Part shown: one piece after another, positions 12,641 to 26,879 of the stretch
Layout: each line of letters opens with the position of its first letter
Position numbering within the stretch: position 1 is the stretch's first letter
NCBI RefSeq assembly: GCF_006345805.1
Contig: NC_043005.1
Location: forward strand, 41,788,001-41,852,000
Reading direction: 5' to 3'
Length of the DNA stretch: 64,000 nt
Source: Octopus sinensis
Taxonomy: Eukaryota
Translations under genes and position numbers: made by a program
The notes under the pieces: model-generated
What the model was told of the DNA's origin: nothing
Databases searched by the model: none
Seen by the model: only the letters and a program-made list of their open reading frames with translations

Positions 12641-14615
12641 TTAGTTAGTACAAAGTTTCAAATGTTTGCAGCATCACTTTCGGTACAACTGTCATTATAA
12701 ACACTCCCTCACTCACCACAAATGCATATGCGATGTGTGAGTGTTTTGGCCGTTATTTTCAGCAGGTCTAGGGCAACTGAATTCTGTGTGTAGAAGACCG
12801 ACTGACAACTGTAACATATCCTAATATATGCATGTGCTTGTGTACGTATATGTATATATGTGTGTGTGCGTGTGTGTGTGTATACATCTATATATGTATG
12901 CATGTATATGTGTGAGTGCGTGTGTGTGTGTGTGTGTTGTGTGTGTGTTTGTACAGAGTGAGATGATGGACAGATACAATTATATAAACTATTGCTGCTG
13001 CTACTACTACAATAACAACAGCAACAACTACAACAACAACAACAACTACTACTACTACTACTACTACTACTAAAACTTCAACTGCTACTCTTTATTTATT
13101 TATCTAATCCTCTCCTTAAAAAGCAGCAAAGAGATTTCTTAGTTGCGATACCTAGAATATTTGCTTATTTGCAGAGATGAAAATAATTAATTTAAAGTTA
13201 TTTCTGATCACTTGATTATTTCAGAAGAGCCGCAACAGACACAACCACTTTTAATCTGAATATCAACTTTTCAATAAATTTCTTTTACTTTTACTTTTTT
13301 TTTATCAAAATTTTTGCTCCTAGTTCACTGAAATATAAATGGAAAATAAAATTTTTATAACTTTTACAAAAATATATTTGGCTGCAGATCTTAATATTAT
13401 AAGATTTTTGGAAAAGATAGAATGTTAATATGAAATGATATCTGCATAAATGGTTTGATAAAAGGAGGGAAATGTGGTGGTGGTGAATGAAGAGAGGATA
13501 CTGAAAGAGCGATAGCTAGAAAGAAGCGATGGAAGGCGTATTGAAATCATATAGAAGTGACACACATACAATGACACACGCAGACACACACACACACACA
13601 AAGAAGGTCACATGCACAAACAAGGGCATACACAAACACACACAAACATACATGTATTTTGCGAGCGTGTATGACTCTGTGTGTGTATATGTGTGTGTGT
13701 GTGTATGTGTGTATGTGTGTGTGTGTGTATGTGTGTGTGTGTATGTGTGTTTGTGTGTCGATTATATCCTCGTGATTGAGATCCTTCCTAGATAGAATAT
13801 ATTCAGAGAGCAGATCAAGATATAAAATAGATGAAAAGAAGCTATTTTTGAAAATATTCTCACTGTATGGTTTTTACGTTGAATTTGTAAACGTTTCGCT
13901 AATGTTCGGGTGAGAATGTCTACACTCGTAAGTCAGCATATGTGTGAAAGGACATTTATATGGGTTTCCTGATTCAATGAATTGTGGAGAGTCGTAACGA
14001 GGCCGCCAACACGATTCTTATTTCTTTAAATTATTTACCGAATAAATTTCTTTGGAAATAACTCATTATTATAACCTAACGCTTACAAGTCGCATGTCCT
14101 TATAGGAAGTTTACCTTTCAAAAGCACCTTATACATATACTCACAAGTTAATAGCATATTAACTTATGTGTGTGTGTGTGTGTGTGTGCGTACATGGGGT
14201 GTATGTATGTGTGTGTATGTGTGTATGTGCGCGTGTGTGTGTATTTGTATGTGTGTATGTATGAGTGTGTGTGTGTGCGCGCACGTGCATAGCGTGTGTG
14301 TGTATGTTTGTGTACGTGCGTGTGTGCGTGTGTATGTGTGTGTGTATGTGTGTGTGTGTGTGTATGTGTGTGTGTGTATGTGTGGGTGTGTATGTGTGTG
14401 TGTGTGTATGTGAGAGAGTATTTGAACAATAACGTCGTTGAGTATTGGTTTCCCGTAAGGTACTGATCGATTCACCAGATTCACTATGGTTATGTGTATA
14501 CAAACATACATACATACGAATTATATATATGATGTATACTATATATAAATATAAAATTATACATACATATATGTGTGTGTATGTATATGTGTCTATGTGC
14601 GTGTATGTATGAGTA

Positions 14616-14669
<54 letters not shown>

Positions 14670-15989
14670 ATCACTCTTTGTTGCTACGAGTGACATATTC
14701 TACTAAAGATTGTCCTCAGTGCGGCCGACAGAAACTGTCAGCCTCCTGCTTCACCTGGCTAACAAATACCATCGAAGAAAAACAGAATGAACGAATGGAA
14801 CATAATTCCAACGGCTGTCTCTATACTCAGAGACATATAAGTTATGTAGAGATGAACGAGGCGCTATTCTCCATCTACATTATTTCTGGAACAGTCTTTT
14901 GGTCATTAGCTGTAGTGAAATCAGCTTGCCTAAATGAATTGTCGAATAATCCTATTAGGGTAATCTAGCTTAATCTGTGATCTGCACAGAGTTTACGTCC
15001 AATGAATTTAGTATTTGCTTCGTTTTGAAATTTTTCTATATGGCCATGATGGGAATTATGGTGCTGTACAAACCGTTTATGTTTTTCTATTATAAATACT
15101 TTAGATTTCAGTGCTTCTCAACAATTTTTACCTGTGAACACCTTTCACTACTATTTTATTCTGGTGGACTCCCATAGCTATTCGGTGTTTTAAAACACGT
15201 TTTATAGATACATTTTTGAAAATTACTATTTTGTTTATCCCGCATTCACTTGTGTAGGCTAAACTATGTAAAACGTTAGAGAAAGAAACCTACCCGATTC
15301 TATCAAAATGTTTTCATGGGCGCTTAAAATAAATATTGCGTACCTAAAGTAGTACTTTGCTTGCGTGTCTCCCGCCAATAAACAATCAATGCACCCCTGT
15401 TAAGAATCACTGATATAGATCTTACCCATGCATTAGTTTGCATTTTAATACAGATCCTTCATTCATATAATTGTGTTGAACTTTCTGAAGTCTTTCGCGT
15501 AAAATATTAAGCAGAGCTGAGAAATTCAACTGTTTTACAGTAAATTAACGAGAAATGTTCATATGCATTATTGTCGAAACACCAACTAATCAAGCGTGCC
15601 TGTTGATGCTGCCAGAAGCATTTACATACGATATCTCTTGTCATTAAAAGAAAAGCCCATTGGGAATCGGGCTGTTCGGAAACTTGGAAAAGATACACAG
15701 TTCTGTGCCACGAAGTGCGTACTCTACGTTTATTTACATGTGCGTACACGCACAAACACACACACATACAGACATATATGTATGTATGTAAGATAAATGT
15801 ATGTTACATACGTATATAAGATATTATAAATGCATTTCAATATACTATACATTATATACGTATATATGTTATACAAATATATATACATATATATAGCATG
15901 TATAAATTTATTTGTATAATATCTATCTATCTATATATATATCTATATCTATATATATACTTAAATATCTTTATATATGTATATATATA

Positions 15990-16026
<37 letters not shown>

Positions 16027-16239
16027 TATATACATGTATGTATGTATGTATGTATGTATGTATGTATGTATGTGTATGAGCATATGTATACATATACATA
16101 TATTTTACAGATGCGCTTATATATGTAGATATTTGTACGTGTGTGTGCATGTGCGCGCATGTGCGAGAGTCTTTATTTCTGTATGTCTCTGTAAGTGTAA
16201 TGTGCAAAATGCCCATGTACGTGCTTGTAAGTAAGTTTT

Positions 16240-16285
<46 letters not shown>

Positions 16286-16631
16286 ATATGCATGTATGTA
16301 TGTATGTATGTATGTATGTATGTATGTATGTATGTATGTATGTATGTATGTATGCATGCATGTATGTATGTATGTTACTAGGTAGATGTATCTATCTACA
16401 TCTATAGAAGCATTTATGTGTGCGTGTGTGTTTTTTAAAACAAAACAATTGAAGCATCAAGAATCTTAGCTTATGAATTATGAGGACACAGCTTCACACA
16501 TGTATTAAATATTATCACCATATTTGGCATATTGAATGTCGAAACTTGGAGAGACACGACTTACCCTACAGTTAAGATCTTTATAGAGAGTTATTCAAAA
16601 TAATCATAATGTATGTATGTATGTATGTATG

Positions 16632-16683
<52 letters not shown>

Positions 16684-17522
16684 ATATATATACTTAGAAA
16701 AATAATAATTTTCTTACCTAATGTATAAAACTCACTACGTTTTTCTTTTACTTAGAATTTTTAAAAGGCGACACTTAGCTAATAAGCCAACTTTACATAA
16801 ATTAAAAATATATTGGTCTGCAAATCATATATGAGAAGTGTTTATGGTGTTAATTTGTGCTACACAAAATATAAAGCAAATCCGTCAAGTTTGTCTACTG
16901 TATAGCAAATGACATTATATTTTAATTATTAAATATTACTCAGACGTTTGTAATATATCATATATTTTCAAAATCTGAAAGTATGTAATCTAAATTACAC
17001 ACTTTTCTAATCATTACAAATATTTTTGACATCAATGTAATATATAAGAAGACAAAATATTTTCGAAGTTACACAATTGATTATTGTTATTTGCACCGTA
17101 TACAATGTGATCTGTTGAACATATTGTTGTCGTAGAGAGAAGGTATTCTCCCTCTGACGTAAACTACAACGACCAGCATATTTTCGTCCGAACCTACCTC
17201 GACGAATTAGGAATAAATAATATACAAATAACCGGAAATTGATTATTCTTGACAGCAAGTAATTCAGACCCTGTACATTTAAAGTAATTTCATTGAAAGA
17301 AAAGTCTTCATTTTCAAATACTAATTTACTGAGATCAATATGGATAATATTTCCAATTAAATATTGAATTATAAACATACCTCACAAATTGGAATGCATC
17401 GAAAGATACTTGTTTCCTAACCTCTCCAGCATCTGAATATACTTAAAACCAAATTTGTGGAAATTACATACTCGTACATGTTAACATTTTTTCTTACACT
17501 CGCATACAAAGAACTGTAGATA

Positions 17523-17565
<43 letters not shown>

Positions 17566-17894
17566 ATGCGCGCGTGCGTGGCTCAATGAGTGTAATTTGC
17601 AAATGCCCATGTACGTGCCTGTAAGTAAGTTTTGGTGTATTTGATTTTCACGGTGTTAAAAGAATATAGAGAGGTAAAGAAATCGATGAAATTTGTTTTT
17701 ATATATATTGCTTCAGAATTATATCAAATCTGCAATATGTAGCGATCCCTTGTTTGTATACATAAAGCTGCATAACATGCAATTATAAATACATGTACAC
17801 ACAAACACATGGACGTATATATTTACACTCGCACGAATACAAACACCAAACACATATACATCGTCTCAAAGGGCCATATGAATATATATGTATA

Positions 17895-17941
<47 letters not shown>

Positions 17942-18017
17942 AAATACAATATATATATATATACACACATATATATTTACATATATATGCATATATGTAT
18001 ATACACACATATGGATA

Positions 18018-18083
<66 letters not shown>

Positions 18084-18825
18084 TATATATATATTATATC
18101 TATCTCTACATATATATCTATATAAATGAATGAATAATATAATATATGTGAAGATATACCGTATTTATCTTAGTTTTATTGTTTTAGCTCGTTTTTGTAC
18201 TTAGTAGGTTTCGTCCATATTTATCTTATACAGTTTTATTGTATTTTTAGTTCGTTTTTAGTTTTTTGCATTTAGTAGACTTCGTTTTCGTTTCGTTCCC
18301 ATAAGTCGAATAGCTACTTCTCCTGTATTTAACTAATCGGGAAAATAGTAAGTTTAAATGATTGTATAAATTCCTTTTATTTAGATTGTAATTAATACAA
18401 AAACTAACCCTTTACCAGATATATATATAGACATTTATAAATATGGAATTATGTATGCATGCTTGATATAAGTGCATATGGTGATAAATACGTCCAATTT
18501 GCGTATATGAGTAAGCAGATGTACAGATGTATGTATATGTATGTGTGTATGTATATATTTATATATATATATATATATATATACTAAGTAATAAGGGTTT
18601 AGTAAAAGGGTTGCTAAACCCCTTAATGAATGTAGTATACTTAAACTTTCCTCAAATGGGGGCTTTAACATGCCGAAATTGACATGTGTGAAATTAATGA
18701 TTATTCTAAATTAATAATTTCACCTACATTATTACTGATAATATATATATATATAATAAAGGAAATGAAGAAAATGCTGACAAAATAATTTAATAATTTA
18801 AGTAATTTAATTAGGTGATGAGTTC

Positions 18826-18858
18826 TTTTACCGGTGCGCATTATTATGCTTATCAAAA
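18826..18858 (-). ncRNA. Decayed type I hammerhead motif with U3-A8 core
   Basis: Minus strand reads TTGATAA-GCAT-AATA-ATGC-GCA-CCGG-TA. Stem II and the palindromic stem III are intact, but GAAA is mutated to GCA. Confidence 0.5.
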
Positions 18859-18933
18859 TTTTTTTTAAGAGAGAAAGAGTTCCTTTCTAATAGATTTTTC
18901 CTCTTATATATATATATATATAATATATATATA

Positions 18934-18980
<47 letters not shown>

Positions 18981-19213
18981 TATGTATATATGTATTACAA
19001 ATAGTTATATATGAATGTGTATATTATGTAACAAGATCGGGTATATAATTAGAGGCAAATAGATTTGAATTTTAAAATATATGAAATTTCAGTTAGTTTA
19101 TTCATTTAATTATTCTTAATCTCACTCTTAAAAAAGCGTTTTTAAAAAAAAATGTTTAAAATTATGAAAATATTTACTTTTTACTTTCACAAAATAATTA
19201 ACAAGATACGTCC

Positions 19214-19247
19214 GTCTGATGAAGCCTTATTAGCTTTAAAACAGTAT
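19214..19247 (+). ncRNA. Possible decayed hammerhead remnant
   Basis: CTGATGA-AGC-CTTATTA-GCT then TTAAAACAGTA. The GAAA and stem III are not intact. Confidence 0.3.
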
Positions 19248-19400
19248 TTTATATTTTTTTGAAAAAGACTGTCATTTAATAATGTAGAAACAGCCGTAAC
19301 TAAATTTCTCATTTGCTTGTATAGAAATAACAAAATTGATTTGAATTTATCATTTAATGATTAAATTATTTAGTTATTAAATTTTATTATTTTGTTTCCA

Positions 19401-19464
<64 letters not shown>

Positions 19465-20850
19465 GTATATATGTACATATAAATATAATGCATAGTATGT
19501 ATTTGTATGTATATGTGTGTAATATACATATATATATAGTTGAAAAGTATCTTTATATATATAAAAATGCCATAAACAATTATAGAAAAATGGAGGAGTA
19601 AAAGATGCCGAATCAAAATTAGATTTAATACAAAATACGATTCAATACATGCGCACGTTTCAATGGACAATACAAATATGTTAGAAAAAATTATAACCAT
19701 AGTAATTATAATTAAATTTATGCATCGTTATTTTCATCAGTGTGAAGATTTTTTGTAAGGACATCAAAAAAGGCTTAATAAAATAGAGTAAACTAAAATA
19801 AGATACAATAAACGAGAATACAAATGGGGTAATAGGGGGGAAATCGGATATTAGAAAGCAAGTTTTAAAAGGGGAAAAATAACAGTAATAATAGTAGGAG
19901 AGACGAAAGGGGAAAAAAGACAGACATAAATGTGTATGCACGTCTATTTGTGCGGAAAACTATAACATAGAAATAAGAATGAAATCTAATCAGTATGTTT
20001 TTTAAAATGGTAACAGGTCGAGACAAAGTATAATAAACAGGGCTACGTGTGTATAGTAGAATATAACGTAACAGGTGGACTTGTAGAAAAAAAAAAGAGA
20101 GTTATATATAAACATATTAATATTGAAAAACGAAAAAATATATGTATATATATTTTACACGAGGCTAACAATTGATAGGCAAGACTATGTTTGAAAATAG
20201 TTACAATATTAAAGTAAAAATGTACATATATGCAGAGAAAAGAAACAAGGAGAACTTAACAAGGAAATGTGGTATATATCGAGTTAACTGTCAGATTAAA
20301 CTAAAATTGCTTATATTATAACTGAATATCAAAACACACACACACACACACACGCGCACACACCACACATACCTACACATATACACACGTACACACACGC
20401 ATACATACAAACACACTCAGACAAGGGTAATGTTAATAGCGAGTTCGAAGCTTCGCCAATCTGACTTGTAAAGAACACAACAGGTGGCAAAATTTCAAAA
20501 CCAATGTGAAAGTTTTCAATGCAAAACAAACACAAACACAAAAAAAAAACAAAACAAAAACAAAGCAATGTTAGGTTCTTAAATATATTTAGTGAGCCTG
20601 CAATAAAAGTCGCTCTGTATTGTACAAAATTTCTTTTTAAATAAAAATATCTATGTATGTATCTGTGTGCCTGTCTATGTATTTACCCATTTATCCTTTT
20701 CTCTCATCGTTTCTCTGTCTGTCTATCTATCTATTTGTCAGTCCATTTATTTAACTAAAGATAAAAAGATAGTTAGGAAGACAGAGATAAAGAAATACTA
20801 AAAAATTTAAAATTGAAAAAAATATAGTTGTTTTTGAATATTTCACATAA

Positions 20851-21290
20851 CGTAGGAGTGGGTGTGTGGTAAGTAGCCTGCTTACCAACCACATGGTTCT
20901 GGGTTCAGTCCCTACTGTGTGGCGCCTTGGGCAAGTGTCTTCTACTATAGCATCGGGCCGACCAAAACCTTGTGAGTAGATTTGGTAGAGGTAATCTGAA
21001 AGAAGCCCATCGTAATATTATATTGTATATATATATATATAATATATATATAATATATATATGTACCTGTGGTGTTATGTTTGTGTGTCTGTGTTTGTCC
21101 TCCCCACATCTCTTGACAACAGATGCTCGTGCGTTTACGTCCCCGTAACATAGCGGTTCGGCAAGAGAGACCGATAGAATAAGTACTAGACTTACAAAGA
21201 ATAAGTCCCAAATCGATTTGATCGACTAAAGGCGGTGCTCCAGGATAGATACAGTCAAATGACTGAAACAAGTAAAAGAGTAAAATAGTA
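20851..21290 (+). mobile_element. SINE family A, full copy (head - internal microsatellite - tail)
   Basis: A-box-like GTGTGTGGTAAG and B-box-like GGTTCAGTCCC, an internal (TA)n, and the tail TTGACAAC...GGCGGTGCTCCAG...AAGTAAAAGAG. Confidence 0.9.
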
Positions 21291-21902
21291 AAAAAAAGTA
21301 TAAATGTATTTTAAATAGGCATCCACAATTTGCTTGCACTTTCAAGTTTGGAGTACCACTCTTTGCCGGTTGCAAGAGTTATATCATTTTACTGATACTG
21401 TGACGACGGTGCTACGTAACAATTTGAATTTGTATTTAAAATCTGTTTATGCGGAAGCGTTGGTTTGCATTTGTGGATAACAAATCTATCACGTAAAATA
21501 ATAAAGATCCAACAAAACTGACGGTAGTGATCGTATGTTAAATATATGATCTGTAGGAGGTGACAAACGATGTGATTAATTTGTAATGAAAGATGAACGA
21601 ACTTGTGTGTGTAGGCGGTCTAACATAGATATTTTCAAAAGTATATTCTAATGGATTGTTGAAACGTAACGATAATGTCTATATTTAGAAAATACAATTA
21701 ATTTTGCAACAAATTCCACTGAATATAACAAAAACAAAATTAAGATTAAAATTTAACTTATAGATATTGGAAATTTATTAGTTACTTATTTCGTTAATTT
21801 CTAACGCATTTGCAAGTAATTAGACTAAAAGTTAATATTAAGAAATTATGGGAAGCAAAGTTATATTTATATGCATATATAAGTATATGGTTTATTAATA
21901 TA

Positions 21903-21950
<48 letters not shown>

Positions 21951-21991
21951 ATATACATGTATATATATACGTGTAATATATATATATATAT

Positions 21992-23050
21992 ACGTTGGCT
22001 GACCGGTTCGCGGAACACCTTCGTGACATCCACCTTGCGAACGACACACCGGTCTCACGCCATTTCCGCTCCACCGGTCACTCCTTGCAACACCTATCTG
22101 TGTTCGGTTTGTCCTTACACAGAGGCCATCCGGGTTCCCGTTTGCGCCGTGAACAGGAATTAATCTTCTCTCTTCGCTCTTATACGCCATTTGGTCTCAA
22201 CTCTCCCCCTCCTCATCTAACCCCCCTCTCCCCCTCCTCACCTATCCTTCCCCTGACCCCTACTTCTCAGTCCATCATCCTTTCACCCTACTCCTCTTCC
22301 CCCTCATCCCCCTCTTCTTTCCCTCCCCTTCTCCCCCCCTTTTCCCCCTCCTCCTCTTTTCCTCACTACACCACCACGACTTTACACATCACATCACATA
22401 TGATGTGCCATACTAATACATACACCAACTAATACATACTAATACGTACTAATACATACTAATACATACACCAACCCTATACATACACACGTCCAGACCC
22501 CGCATACGCACTTATACTCTCTCATACACACACACACACACTTATACATACTAATACGTACTAATACATACTAATACATACTAATACATAACCAACCCCA
22601 TACATACGCACGTCCAGACCAATCCTACGCACTAATACTCTCTCATACACACACACCCTTATACATACTAATACATACACCAACCCTATACATACACACA
22701 TCCAGACCCCTCCTACGCACTATTAGCTGGTCCTTCAACCCTATTATCAACCCTATTATCAACCCTAAATCAACCCTATTATCAACCCTATTATCTCCCT
22801 TATTTCGCTTCGCGTCTCATGTTTGATCTTTGACCTCTGGCGAAATCAGATCGCCATGTTGATTCGTTAGCTACTGCCACGCATTTTTTTCTCTCCTTTT
22901 TCTGTGTTTTTTTTTCTCTCTGTGTATCATTCTGTTGAAGAGCGTAGGCTCGAAACGTTAAAGACTTGTTTTATTTATATTTCCTGAGGCGCCCTACTAA
23001 TACAATTATTCGTTTGTTTTCCACCTGCCTTCGTCTTTTGTTTATTTTCA
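21992..23050 (+). mobile_element. 5'-truncated Penelope-like element (GIY-YIG C-terminus + 3' UTR)
   Basis: ADRFAEHLRDI...PVSRHF...H...RLRREQELIFSLRSYTPFGLN, then a C/T-rich tract, tandem repeats and a hammerhead-like motif. (TA)n on both sides. Confidence 0.85.
22929..22962 (+). ncRNA. Hammerhead-like motif with non-canonical A6U in the PLE 3' region
   Basis: CTGTTGA-A-GAGC-GTAG-GCTC-GAAA-CG-TT, with a 4-bp stem II and palindromic ACGT stem III. Confidence 0.55.
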
Positions 23051-23108
23051 TAAAGCTTCCCGTTATATATATATATATACATGTATATATATTATATTAT
23101 ATATATAC

Positions 23109-23160
<52 letters not shown>

Positions 23161-23401
23161 ATATCCATATATATATATAAATATATATATGTATATATGT
23201 ATGTATAGATATGTGTATGTATATATATATGGATATGTTATATATACATATATATATATGAATATATATATGCATATGTATATGTATATATATATATATG
23301 AATATATATATATACTAGACATATATATATATATATACATATACATATACATATATATATACATTTCCATATACATCTATATATATATATACAGATAGAC
23401 A

Positions 23402-23720
23402 GACCAAAACCTTGAGTGTATTTGATAGACGGAAACTGAAAAATTCTCGTCGTATATATGTGTTTGTGTGTGTACGCGCGCATATGTGTGTGTGTGAATG
23501 TGTGAGTGTATATCTTTATTTCTGTGTTTGTATCTACCGCCGATTGATAACCGCTGTTGGTGTGTTTGCCTCCCCGTAACTGAGCGTTTCTGCAGAAAAT
23601 AACTGATAGAATAAGTACTGTGTTAAACAAGTAGGTCCTGCTGTCGATTTGTTCGACTAAGATCCATTAAGGTGGTGCGCCAGCATTGCCGCAGTCAAAT
23701 GACTGAAGCAGTCAAAAGAA
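23402..23720 (+). mobile_element. SINE family A, 5'-truncated
   Basis: GACCAAAACCTTGAGTG...GACGGAAACTG, an internal (TG)n, and the family A tail. Confidence 0.8.
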
Positions 23721-23754
23721 ACGATGAAGATAGGCGTGTGCATGTATGTACGTA

Positions 23755-23799
<45 letters not shown>

Positions 23800-24020
23800 C
23801 AATCATTCCATTTTCTCTCCCTGATAACAAACTGCAGTTTCTCTCTGTAGCATCTTACTTGGCGACACACGCAAATGGGCAAGGGAAGGTGATGAACTCT
23901 CATTCGTATTTTGAATTTGGCGGCACTAGCACTAAATATGATCTGTCTGATACCGTTGGGTGGAAAGATATATTCCAGTGCCCTCGAATTTAACATTTAA
24001 TATTTAATATTGTTGGAATT

Positions 24021-24104
24021 CCACGCTGATGAGTCGAAAACGGTTGGGTAAAGTACAATTCTGTATTCTTTATACCGATCTAATTCCGAAACGCGCGTAC
24101 GTGG
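24021..24104 (+). ncRNA. Type I hammerhead ribozyme with canonical core and long stem II
   Basis: Stem I CCACG(24021-25)/CGTGG(24100-04); CTGATGA 24026-32; G24033...C24087 closes a long imperfect hairpin; GAAA 24088-91; palindromic A-CGCGCG-T; predicted cleavage GUA after 24099. Confidence 0.8.
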
Positions 24105-24293
24105 GTAACCAAATATGGATCGATTTTCGTTATTTTTCCTCTTTGCCTGCGTAGATTGTTTTCAAGTACTTTGGATTTTCTGGGAGTCCCTTTTAAAGTA
24201 GAAGAAATAGCTAAGGTTTCTTGACTGCTATTTCTAAACTTCGGTACGTGGTGAAGCAAATCTTTGCTGAACCCTAATTATAAAGTATATATG

Positions 24294-24386
<93 letters not shown>

Positions 24387-24528
24387 TATATATATATATA
24401 TATCCAGCCGACACGAAACGCCAGCAAGTATAGTCGTCATTAAACATTACAAGCTTCTCAAATTTAGGTGCATTTTCAACAGCAAATTTGCCTATATATA
24501 TAATATATATATATATATATACTATATA

Positions 24529-24559
<31 letters not shown>

Positions 24560-24890
24560 ATGTATGTGTCTGTGTATGTATGTGTACATAGGATTTGTCT
24601 GTGTGTGTCATTAACCTCTGTCTAGCTTTTCTTCAATCACACCACCTTGCTAACCTTTCTTTTTACTACCTCGAACGCTTTCTTAACACCCTATTCTATT
24701 CTTTTTAAACGTTTATGTTTGTAAACATTGCTCTGAGATACGCATTCGGCATTCTTCTCACGAGGAGGGTTACCTAGGTTGGGTTGACAAATACAGACAC
24801 CTATGACAACATGCGCATATGTCTTGTATGAATGTGGTTACGGCGTAATCTACTGTGCTCCCGAAACAGTATTTCTGGTATTTATGCAAA

Positions 24891-24923
<33 letters not shown>

Positions 24924-24924
24924 G

Positions 24925-24965
<41 letters not shown>

Positions 24966-25029
24966 TATATATATATACAGAGAGAGAGAGAGAGAGAGAT
25001 TCATTGATAGATAAGGTAAAGACTCTCTT

Positions 25030-25240
25030 TAGTCTTAATTGACCATGGGATTACACTTAGAAAGTTATCCTCTCAGGCATCAGTCCGGGCAATACAACTC
25101 ATTTCTTCAGCTCAGTGAAGTGGAACAACGTGAAATAAAGTGTCTTGCTTAAGAATACAAGACACAACCCAGTCCAGATATCGGACTCACTAACACGTGA
25201 TTGTGTGCCCGACATTCAAACCACTGAGGCATGCACCTTC
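25030..25240 (-). mobile_element. tRNA-derived SINE (family C-like)
   Basis: Reverse complement carries the family C head and the TTTCACGTTGTTCCACTTCACTGAGCTG segment. Confidence 0.65.
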
Positions 25241-26276
25241 ATACACACACACACACACACACACAGAGAAAAAATCAGTTCTCGTTTGAAAGTTTTATCC
25301 CATCATCTAATATGAAGTTGGATAATAGGATAAGATATGCCAAGAGAATTGATATCCTGATTCTAAGAGAGGTAAAATGAAATAACATGCCTGATTTAAA
25401 TATACTATATTTCTATCCCCAGCCCCCTTTAATACAATTTCGTCATATGGACAATATATCAGAATTATTCATAATAGAAGAAAAAACATGGTAAATGATT
25501 TAGTAAATGAATTAAATAGGCAAGTCTTTATTCATTGTGAAATATCAAAATAAAAGTAAAAAAAACGTGATGAGGTCATTTAAAAAGAAAATTCTTACTA
25601 CGAATTCTCCTACGGCAAAAATGTTTACGGCGCAACTTCCCATGGCTGTTTTTTATTAGATCTACCGCAACTAAGCTAGGTAGTGGTGTGCGGATGGATG
25701 GGCCTATAGGTGTGTATGATAGAGCAAGATTGCGCATGCTTATAGCGGTAAATGTTCTGGATTGTTTATTACAGAATTCTTAAATTTAAGTACGTATGTA
25801 TAACAAGGAATACGGCCTCATTGTTACCAGCAACAAAAATGGGCATGTACATCGTAGGATTATGAAGAACCTTAAGACAGTCTTCCGGTGCACGACCTCT
25901 TTTTCTCTTTGTGTGTATAGGTATGTTTATATGTATGTGTGTGTGGCTGTATATATATGCATCTAGGTATAGTAACCAAATCAGAACCCCAACCAATTAC
26001 ACCTTCAAGAAATTGAATATTCTTCGGTTCTAACCCATTAGATGCGTACAGAAATTTGCCTTCCTATGATCCAACGTGGATAAAGTACATAGAAGACAAA
26101 GTGCTGTGTTTGATATAAGGAGTAGACCCTTTCAATGCCATACCGTTGCTTGGCTGCAACCAGGAATCTAAAACTAGTGAAAGAATAACTATACATGCAT
26201 GCATGCATACATACATACATACAACAAACATACATACATACATACATACATACATACATGTATGTATATGTATATA

Positions 26277-26835
26277 TAGGGTGTCCGTAAAGTTACAATA
26301 CAATTATTTGTAATAAAGAAATATCATGATGAGACTAAGAAAATTTTCTGAAAATATATGTATTACATTAGAAAATATTGTAATAATATAGGCAATTAAT
26401 TTCATTTACTACAGTTATGATAAATGTTCAAATTTTAAGCCATTAGCTTCAATGCATTCTCGACAACGTTAAAGCACACTGTGACAAACTTTGGTACACA
26501 AGTCTGGATCGAGGTTAGGAAATGCATCAATAATGAACTGCCGAAGATCTTCAATACTTCTTAGCTTCCTCTGACTTACAAACTTGGCTTGCTTGGCTTA
26601 CAAACTGCTCGCAAAATTGAGACCTGCGATCCGGATCCTCCTTCAGAAGTCCGTGAATTAGGAGTAGAATGTAAGGTTTCATATTGAGTTTTGTAAGTAT
26701 TTTACGTAGTGATGTACATTTGATATCAATTTCTGAACTACGACGGCGAATTGATTTCTTTGGGCTTCATACATATGTCTCAGCAACCGTATCATTGAGT
26801 TGTTTTCAGCCTAACACTCTAGTAACTTTCCTGTA
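26277..26835 (-). mobile_element. Internally deleted mariner/Tc1-like element
   Basis: Left end TAGGGTGTCCGTAAAGTTAC. Right end GTAACTTT-CCTGTA is the same TIR with a short deletion. The interior has a decayed transposase C-terminus on the minus strand. Confidence 0.6.
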
Positions 26836-26879
26836 CATATGTGTGTGTGTGTATGTGTGAACATCTGTATACATATATC

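Noticed and set aside
14700-15770. Hydrophobic ORFs and putative minus-strand exons
   Set aside because: The Phe/Leu richness is explained by AT bias. There is no family match and no consistent reading-frame chain.
17007-17445. 123-aa ORF and a possible small exon (YSDAGEVRKQVSFDAFQFV)
   Set aside because: No recognisable domain and no supported partner exons.
18590-18627. TAAGGGTTTAG...CTAAACCCCTTA hairpin resembling telomeric or Helitron-end sequence
   Set aside because: It is a single imperfect hairpin with no telomeric array and no clear CTRR terminus.
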